Shown piece by piece: positions 1-6,235 of a DNA stretch of 6,235 nucleotides. The DNA is from Paraspadella gotoi (taxonomy: Eukaryota > Animalia > Chaetognatha). The DNA lies in the NCBI GenBank assembly GCA_051294375.1, contig JBJCIZ010000556.1, positions 1 to 6,235 of the forward strand. The letters run 5' to 3'. Under the pieces are notes generated by a model that saw only the letters and a list, made by a program, of their open reading frames with translations, searched no databases and had not been told where the DNA came from. The translations under genes were made by a program, and so were the position numbers. Position 1 is the stretch's first letter, and every line of letters begins with the position of its first letter.

Positions 1-405
1 TCGTGCGAGTGGAAATTGGTTTAAATGGAAAAAAACAAAAAAATATATTCACTATTTGAACGCCAATTTGCTTATGAGTTGGATAGGGCAATTGACTTTA
101 AATTTTGTATGATGGTAGAAAGTGTGTGATTGGAGGCTGGAATATAAAGTTTCGATTGGAATCCGTGCCGAGTGGAAAATGAGTTAAAATGGAAAAAAAA
201 CAAAAGTCATATTTTACTTGAATATTTTTACTTAAAATTTACTCATAATTAATTATATTATGTTTTTATTGGATAGATGAATCGAAATTCAATTTTGTGT
301 GTGGGTAGGAAAGTATGTGATAAAGCTGGAGATTAAATTTTTGATGGAATCGTAGGAGGGGAAAAGTTCAAATTAGAAAAACCAAAAGACACATTTTATT
401 TGAAT
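1..405 (+). repeat. Tandem array of ~160-190 bp module (2.3 copies)
   Basis: Approximate consensus AAATTTTGTRTGTGGGTAGGAAGTGTGTGATAAAGCTGGATATAAAGTTTCGAYGGAATCGTGCGAGTGGAAATGAGTTTAAATGGAAAAAAACAAAAGTCACATTTTACTTGAAT; GAGTGG-like anchors at 7, 170 and 356. Confidence 0.9.
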
Positions 406-437
406 TTTTAAAGTTTCTCTCTCTCTATTTTCTATCT

Positions 438-483
438 GATTGATTGATTTTGGTTGATGATTGATTGACTGATTAATTGATTG
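438..483 (+). repeat. Imperfect (TGAT)n microsatellite
   Basis: TGATTGATTGAT...TGATTGATTGACTGATTAATTGATTG. Confidence 0.85.
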
Positions 484-800
484 TCCAAATTATGCCAATT
501 GACAAAATATGCAGTTGAACCAAATTATGCCAGTTGACCCAAATTCTGCAAGTTGATCAAGTTCTGCAAGTTGGACCAAAATTATTCCTGTTGACAAATT
601 ATGCCAGTGACCAAATTAGTGCCCAGTGATAAAAAATTATGCCAGTTGACCAAAATGCCGGTTGACAAATTATTATTTTGATCAAATAAATGTCAGTTGA
701 CCAAATTATGTCAGAAGAACCAAAATTATGTCAGTTAACCATTATGACAGTTGACCCAAATATGCAAAGTTGATTAAAATTATGCAAGTTGACCAAGTTA
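481..800 (+). repeat. 18-bp minisatellite, consensus TTGACCAAATTATGCCAG, ~17-18 degenerate copies
   Basis: Units counted directly; lengths 16-20 nt because of small indels. Confidence 0.95.
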
Positions 801-828
801 GCTTATTACCACTTAATTATCGATTGAC

Positions 829-945
829 TGAATTTGTATGTGGAGTAGAAAAAGTGTGTGATTGAAACAGGAAACCCAAGTTTCGATGGAATCTTTTGAG
901 TGGGAAATGAGTTTAAATGGAAAAAAACAAAAAAAACCTGTTTCA
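829..945 (+). repeat. Single copy of the same module
   Basis: GAATTTGTATGTGGAGTAGAAAAAGTGTGTG...AAGTTTCGATGGAATC...GAGTGGGAAATGAGTTTAAATGG (anchor 898). Confidence 0.9.
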
Positions 946-1126
946 CTAATTGATTATGATTCTTTCCTTTTATATTAAATGTATATTGCAGGATGATTAA
1001 TAAATCAAATAATTAATCAGTTTAATTAATCAATTAGTCAATTAATAATCAATAATTAATTAATCAGTCATAATCGGTCCCATCCGTCCCACCTTAAGCA
1101 AAAAGCTCCAATACTCGTGATTGCTG

Positions 1127-1595
1127 GTTGGGATTGGAATGAAATTTTGTGTGTTTGGTAGGAAGTGTGTGATAAAGCTGGATAATAAAGTTTTCGACGG
1201 AATCGTGTGAGTGGACAAGAGTTTAAGTGGAAAAAAACATAAGTTGCATTTACTAAATATTTTACTTATTTTAACCAATAAGTACTCTAATTAATCATAA
1301 TTGGATGGATAGATTTGAGTTCAAATTTTTTGTGTGGGTAGAAAAATGTGAAACGATGCTTGATATAAAGTTTCGGTGGAAACGTACGAGTGGGAAATGA
1401 GTGTAAATGAAAAATATATTGAGTCACATTTACTTTGATCTTTTTTACTTATTTTTAATCTATAATAGATTGAATGAAAATTTGTGAGCGGTAGGAAAGT
1501 GTGTGAAGGGAGGCAGATTTAAGTTTGACGGAAATTGTGCCAGTGGAAATGAGGTTTAAATGGGAAAAAACATAAAGTCACATTTACTTGAATCC
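1127..1595 (+). repeat. Tandem array of the same module (3 copies)
   Basis: Anchors at 1209, 1388 and 1541 (spacings 179 and 153 bp). Confidence 0.9.
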
Positions 1596-1644
1596 TTTAT
1601 TATGTTATGATTACTAATAAATGTTTTAATTATTAATTATTAAT

Positions 1645-1730
1645 GTGAAAAAAATGATGCCTATTTTAAAAAAATTATGCAAGTTGAAAATGATGCAACA
1701 GGAAAAAATGATGCAATTTAAAAAAAAATC
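1645..1730 (+). repeat. A-rich variant of the 18-bp minisatellite, ~4 copies
   Basis: AAAATGATGC/AAAATTATGCAAG units; AAAATTATGCAAGTTGA is also found at 776-792. Confidence 0.75.
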
Positions 1731-1735
1731 CTAAA

Positions 1736-1966
1736 AGCATAGGATCGTCGCAATTTGCAAAGAGAGAGAGAGAGAGAAGAGAGAGAAAAAAAATGAGCAT
1801 AGGATCCGTCGCAATTGCAAAGAGAGAAAGAGAAGGAGAGAAAGAGAGCCAGAAAAATGAGCATAAGGATTGTCGCAATTGCAAAAAGAGAGAGAGAGAG
1901 AGAGAGCAGAAAAATGAGCATAAGGATCGTTGCAAATGCCAGAAGAGAGAGAGGAAGAGAGAAAGA
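1736..1966 (+). repeat. ~60-bp tandem repeat, 4 copies: AGCATA(A)GGATCGTCGCAATTGCAAA-(GA)n-AAAAATG
   Basis: Unit starts at 1736, 1796, 1860 and 1917. Confidence 0.95.
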
Positions 1967-2278
1967 TACAGAAGTCCGAGATAAAAATAGCGGAATAAAA
2001 AGTTTTATTTTACTCACTGAATAAAAAATACTTAAATACTTACAAAAATACATAAAATTGATAAAATTTTATTCCGATAACATTGTTTATCACAATGCAA
2101 TATATCTAGTAAAGGGCAGGCCCAAATTGAAAACTTTTTATAACTTTTCTAGTTTCTTCTTTAAAATTTTTTTTTTCCTTTTACTATTAAAAGCGATTTT
2201 CAATTGTAACTTTTTTTGAATTAGTCATGGGTTTGTTGCACTGAAGCTTTAACTGTTTATTAATATATAATAATATAT

Positions 2279-2525
2279 AAAGTTTGACGGAATTTGTGCC
2301 AGTGGAAATGAGTTTAGATGGAAAAAAACATAGTCACATTTAACTTGAATCTATAATATTAATGATTACTAAAAATGGTTTCAATTAATTAATTTAATTA
2401 ATGTGAAAAAATGATGCAAGTTAAAAAATTCTTAAAAGCAATTGATAAAAAGAGAGAGAGAGAAAGAGTGAGAGAGAGAAGAGAAGGAGACATAAAATAA
2501 AATAGAGGATAATTTGTTTATTTTG
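2279..2525 (+). repeat. Condensed direct copy of 1520-~2010
   Basis: AAGTTTGACGGAAWTTGTGCCAGTGGAAATGAG, ATGATTACTAA, TAATGTGAAAAAATGATGC, TAAAAGCA and the (GA)n tract occur in the same order in both segments. Confidence 0.85.
2451..2489 (+). repeat. Imperfect (GA)n microsatellite
   Basis: Direct reading. Confidence 0.9.
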
Positions 2526-2798
2526 ATAAAATGTAACAAACATATTAATAACTGTCCTAACCCAATTTTAAGGACATCGATGATTAAAGTTGATATAAAT
2601 TTAAAAATTAATTATTCATTTTAAAATTAATTAATTAATTAATCGACTAATTTTAATTTAATTAATTATCGTAGGCAGATCCGACATTGTTTCCTCAAAC
2701 TTGTTCACAACTCACTTCATCTGTCTCAACTTCAGCCTGTTGCTCTCATCTTGACCCTATTCTGTCTCACCACTTTGTTGGAAAACCTTTACTTCTTT

Positions 2799-2804
2799 TC
2801 TCTT

Positions 2805-2868
<64 letters not shown>
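2799..2868 (+). repeat. (CT)n microsatellite, ~70 bp pure pyrimidine tract
   Basis: Direct reading. Confidence 0.97.
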
Positions 2869-2902
2869 ACATCTTCTTTTGCACAAATATTTTCCTAATG
2901 GC

Positions 2903-2949
2903 AAACGCTGATGAAGGCTCGAAATTGTGAGCCGAAACATGTCCGTATT
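2903..2949 (+). ncRNA. Minimal type I hammerhead ribozyme motif (Penelope-like-element type)
   Basis: ACG (2905-2907), core CTGATGA (2908-2914), extra A2915, stem II GGCTC (2916-2920)/GAGCC (2929-2933) with 8-nt loop, GAAA (2934-2937), minimal stem III C-AT-G within the palindrome ACATGT (2937-2942), cleavage triplet GTC (2941-2943), and CGT (2944-2946) pairing with ACG. Stem I can extend by AA/TT past a bulged A2947. Confidence 0.8.
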
Positions 2950-3197
2950 TCCAAATAATTCGTTGTACCACATTCAAAAACTTTGCATTCTCTATATCCT
3001 AATAACAACGAAAACGTAAGGTTTATCGCATAAAAAAATTCTGAATATGTCACAATTGAAAAATTGGCGTAACTTACCTGTTCGTGCATAAAAAAATTCA
3101 CTGTTCAATATTATTATATTTCTTTTATTTTTTGAACATTATAGTTTCATATGGTTGATATCTAAAAATCAATGCAAAATCTTTTTTTGTTTTTTAG

Positions 3198-3222
3198 ATA
3201 TGAACTGAATAATAGGCGTGAA
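3198..3222 (+). CDS. Candidate 25-nt micro-exon (YELNNRRE)
   Basis: Polypyrimidine tract CTTTTTTTGTTTTTTAG ends at 3197, open frame, donor GTATGA at 3223. Signal-only evidence. Confidence 0.2.
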
Positions 3223-4965
3223 GTATGATAAATTTTTTAAAAAAGTTACTTATTTCATATTTATTCATAGAACTCTAATAAAAAAAAATAAAAAAAAATA
3301 ACTAGTACTAAATAGTTAGAGTTAATGTCTCAGATTGATGAAAAAAACCTCATTTAAAAATCGATCGGGAAGTGGGGTAAAACTAAGGGGCTTACCCAAT
3401 GGCATCCTCCACACCGATTCGTTCTCTCAAATAATTTTTTTATTAATACATTTTTGAAATGGAAAAAAAGAAACATTTAGGAATATAGGTTGCAGAAAAG
3501 GGTACAGATTAATCTGGACTTATTGGACATGATAACCATGACCTTTTATATCTTGTGAAATAGGGGCCAGTAAAGGAAAATCTAAATAATTTTATCATTA
3601 AGTCAGTCAATGAACCCTTTCCAATGGGGCTATTACGAGAAATATTTTTTCTTAATTTAAATGGATAATAAATAACATAGAAAATAAATTCCTTGCTATA
3701 TTTAAAAAAAATTATCAATACAATTTAACACCAATGATGTTTTGCCTGGTCAAATATGTTACCCAGCTGTTATTCAATTTTTTTACCAACTTTATTCATC
3801 ATAAACCCAAGCAGTGTGTCAAGCTTTTAGTTGCAGTTAAGATAAGAAAAAATGACGATTTTTTTTTTCACAGACAAAGAACGGTAGATGTCCAGAACTG
3901 TTTATATCAAGCTGAAAACATTTGTATTTATCATTTTTAATATTAAAAATGCATTTATCAAGCTACAACATAAAATTTGCTTTTTTTTACCCTTTAACTG
4001 AAAAATATAAGCAAAACTTTTCATTGGGGAAAAATAAAAAAAATTAATAATAAACAAAATGTTAATTCAGTCTTTAATGTATAATAATTTATTTATTATT
4101 TCCCCAAAAAAAGCCCTAATTAGAAAAAGTTGCAATTTTTTCAAATTGTTTGGAAAAAAAAATTTCGTCCGACCTATGCTTATTGAGAATTAATGGTTTT
4201 GCATAGAAAATCAAATATACAAAAAAAAAAAAAAAAAAATCAGGCTCTAGAAAAATCGAAAAGGCTAAGGCTGATTTTTTAGAATTCAAAATTTTTTCCC
4301 TGACTCATAATCCATTATTCTCAAGTTTTAAAATATTTTTTTCCAAAATCATTCATCAATTTTTTTTTATTAATTTTAATGTTTTTAATGATGTTGTTTT
4401 GTTGAAAGAATTGAAAAAGTGAAAAAATAGTAATTATATAAGGTTTTGAAATACCTTGGAAATAATTAGATAATTAGACACAAGGGAGAAGCAAGAGACT
4501 TCCCATTCATAAAGAAAATTGAAAATTTGAATTTGATCATATTTTATTAGGATTAATTGACTAAATTACACAATAAATGATTCATGATAAATTGAGGGAA
4601 ATGATGGGTAAATATTCATCTTGGTCTCGGTTAACTATTAGTTATCGTTAAAGTTTTGTTTTAATAATATTAATATTTCTTTTGCAATTTATAAAAGCAA
4701 TGGTCTAAAATTTATGTAAGCGTTTTCGAAAGCTAATGCTTCATATTTTTTATATTTTTGATCTAGTTAGCTTTTTTGTTGATGGTCAAGGTATATGTCA
4801 ATACAGTAATGCTCAAGTAGTGCTATATTCGCACATATTACCAAATAATGAATCAATTAATTTGGCTCAGAAACAATTTTTAAAGGCGACAAAATCAGCA
4901 CGAGGACTGTTTCCGCCAACATTATTTTTCATTGTGTCATATATATTTAAAAAATTCACTTGCAG

Positions 4966-5206
4966 ACTTCGGTTTTTTCAGGATATATCTTTGGGTGTCC
5001 TACTCGTGAACCCTAAATCTGGGAACGGGTACTTAGCAAGCTATTTATCGCCAGTTTGGCCCGCCCATGTGTTACATAACGGCGTTGTTAGATCTTCCTT
5101 CTCAGTGGGTCCTTCGCATCCCGAGAGAGGAAAAGATCGAGGCGGCCTACGCCTATTTTGACGTCGATATTGAGGCCTCAAACGCGGAGGTTAACTCTGC
5201 TTACAG
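4966..5206 (+). CDS. Internal exon of a DnaJ/J-domain-containing protein (hydrophobic segment plus J-domain helices I-II); apparent frameshifts in the 5' half
   Basis: GC-richer island. Acceptor TTCACTTGCAG ends at 4965 (alternative TTTTTTCAG at 4981). 5067-5206 encodes MCYITALLDLPSQWVLRIPREEKIEAAYAYFDVDIEASNAEVNSAYR; AYAYFDVDIEASNAEVNSAYR fits the J-domain start pattern (Y-x-x-hydrophobic-x-V-x-x-x-AS-x-x-E-I/V-x-x-AYR). Candidate donor CAG|GCAAGC at 5206/5207. No HPD motif in the window. Confidence 0.6.
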
Positions 5207-5382
5207 GCAAGCCACGGAAATGATAAATGTTGATGTTTATGAATATAGACAGTTATAAGCTGTCAAGATACGCATCGTTCCTATATTTACGTATTTACAT
5301 AGTTACTTCATACATAAACCAAAACATTATGAAAACAAAAATATACAAAAACCATTTCTTCGAAAAAATCCATTGTAGGTGA

Positions 5383-5950
5383 TTTTTAGCCGGATCTGTT
5401 TACAGCAGTTTCCGGCTCTATAATCCAGCTTGTCGGTCCGTCGGTCCCACCCCAAAATCTCGTCGGTAAGTCACTTATATCGAAATCAGAATATCGAATT
5501 TGAATTATGATAATTTATGAAAAAAAAGTGATGTCCGTCCGTCCCCTGTTAGCTTTGAACGCCAATTACTGTGGATTGGTATTGGATTGGGTGGTTAACT
5601 TGAAATTTTGTATGTAGGAAAGTGTGTGATCAAGTTTCGATGGAATCGTCCAAGTGGAAATGAGTTAAAATGGAAAAAACAAAAAAATCTATTTCACAAT
5701 ATGATTTTGCTTTTTTTCTTTTTAAATTAAATGTCAATGCATTAATTAATAATTAATATATTAGGAATCAATTAATTATTAATAAGTTAGTAATTAATTA
5801 TTGATTATTTTGTAATTATTAATTAATTTGGTGATCGAGATTGTTATTTTATGATTGAGAGACGAGACAAAGTTAAAAACTATTTTGACGCAAATAAAAA
5901 AAAAATCTTAAAAGTATATGGATCGAGCCAGCCAGCTATCAAGAGAAAAT
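5383..5950 (+). mobile_element. Helentron/DINE-1(HINE)-like element, 5' end and internal modules; 3' end not identified
   Basis: TTTTTAG start (5383-5389), hairpin AGCCGGA (5388-5394)/TCCGGCT (5411-5417) with inner CTG/CAG, then GTCGGTCCGTCGGTCC (5432-5447) and GTCCGTCCGTCC (5533-5544). 5553-5790 is homologous to 56-230 and 830-1060; 5890-5925 is homologous to 1713-1747. Confidence 0.6.
5553..5700 (+). repeat. Distal copy of the module with 5' extension TTTGAACGCCAATT
   Basis: TTTGAACGCCAATT at 5553 is identical to 56-69; followed by GAAATTTTGTATGTAGGAAAGTGTGTGAT and AAGTTTCGATGGAATCG...AGTGGAAATGAGTTAAAATGG. Confidence 0.9.
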
Positions 5951-6040
5951 TTAATGGAAAATTCCAGGGCAACGAATGATTGATGCGATAACGAATTATT
6001 GATGTAATCGTAATTTATTAATGTAATAGGAATTGATTAT

Positions 6041-6126
6041 TGATACAATGATAACTAAAGGACTGATACGATGATAACCAAAGGATTGATACGATGATAA
6101 CCAAATATTGATGTGATGATAACCAG
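6041..6126 (+). repeat. 23-bp tandem repeat, ~4 copies, consensus TGATACGATGATAACCAAAGGAT
   Basis: Unit starts at 6041, 6064, 6087 and 6109; more degenerate related sequence at ~5978-6040. Confidence 0.9.
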
Positions 6127-6235
6127 ATTCTAGATTGGGTGAAGAAGGGGAGTTTTCCTAATGGCATCAGGGCTGGCTTTGTATTGTTCACGAGAAGAGC
6201 ATAACCTACTTAAGGCTCCCTTGATCTTAATCTCC

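Larger units (their letters stand above)
1..2705 (+). mobile_element. Helentron/DINE-1(HINE)-like non-autonomous element copy or copies, 5' part outside window
   Basis: Internal ~150-190 bp tandem modules, GTCC run at 1077-1090 (GTCCCATCCGTCCC), 3' subterminal repeat CAGATCCGAC (2676-2685; 9/10 reverse complement of GCCGGATCTG at 5389-5398), short hairpin GTTT-CCTC-AAAC (2689-2700) and terminal CTTGTT (2700-2705). Probably two partial copies (1-2110 and 2279-2705). Confidence 0.55.
2706..2990 (+). mobile_element. Probable 5'-truncated Penelope-like retroelement remnant (ORF 3' end, 3' UTR, hammerhead)
   Basis: Carries a PLE-type minimal hammerhead. Upstream 2708-2775 reads TTHFICLNFS in one frame then CSHLDPILSHHF in another, which resembles from memory the C-terminal tail after the GIY-YIG domain of some PLE ORFs. 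Boundaries approximate; no database search possible. Confidence 0.45.

Noticed and set aside
481-800. 18-bp repeat as a coding hexapeptide repeat
   Set aside because: Frequent frame-breaking indels and stop codons; no ORF in the track.
1060-1278. 72-aa minus-strand ORF
   Set aside because: Lies in one repeat module; no equivalent ORF listed for sister copies.
1736-1966. CRISPR-like repeat/spacer periodicity
   Set aside because: Spacers are all (GA)n, repeats are degenerate, no cas genes, eukaryotic context.
1675-2053. Four overlapping ORFs (LSLS/RERE-rich)
   Set aside because: Translations of GA/CT microsatellite units.
2767-3101. Minus-strand ORFs 2767-2973 and 2895-3101
   Set aside because: Microsatellite-derived or low-complexity; no recognisable domain.
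3859-3889. Strong acceptor TTTTTTTTTTCACAG with possible 10-nt exon
   Set aside because: Weak donor (GTAGAT) and no coding support.
3509-3940. ORFs 3509-3718 (-) and 3734-3940 (+)
   Set aside because: Short, F/I/K/N-rich as expected from AT-rich noncoding DNA; no motifs.
4024-4107. 9-bp inverted repeat TTGGGGAAA/TTTCCCCAA
   Set aside because: Too short, no target-site duplication seen.
4736-5161. 141-aa ORF as a standalone gene
   Set aside because: Runs across a likely splice acceptor and overlaps the J-domain frame out of phase; only ~4993-5043 may be real coding, and a small upstream exon cannot be excluded.
6153-6166. Exact 14-nt match TTTTCCTAATGGCA to 2890-2903, just before the hammerhead
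   Set aside because: No hammerhead core follows; one such match is plausible by chance in 6 kb of AT-rich DNA.

Overview
AT-rich eukaryotic, probably invertebrate, genomic DNA dominated by repeats; no prokaryote-style genes, and most listed ORFs are by-products of microsatellites or AT-rich sequence. (1) 1-2705 and 5383-~5950 hold copies of one composite repeat family: ~150-190 bp modules, an 18-bp minisatellite, ~60-bp GA-rich units and GTCC/GTCG runs. Its termini fit a non-autonomous Helentron (DINE-1/HINE-like) element: a 5' TTTTTAG+hairpin at 5383-5417 and a matching inverted subterminal repeat plus small hairpin and CTTGTT at 2676-2705. (2) A complete minimal type I hammerhead ribozyme motif lies at 2903-2949 (+), of the kind carried by Penelope-like retroelements, downstream of a possible Penelope ORF remnant and a (CT)n tract. 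(3) A GC-richer coding exon at ~4966-5206 (+) encodes a hydrophobic segment and the start of a DnaJ/J-domain and appears to end at a GC splice donor. Frequent single-base homopolymer indels suggest an error-prone long read or unpolished assembly.
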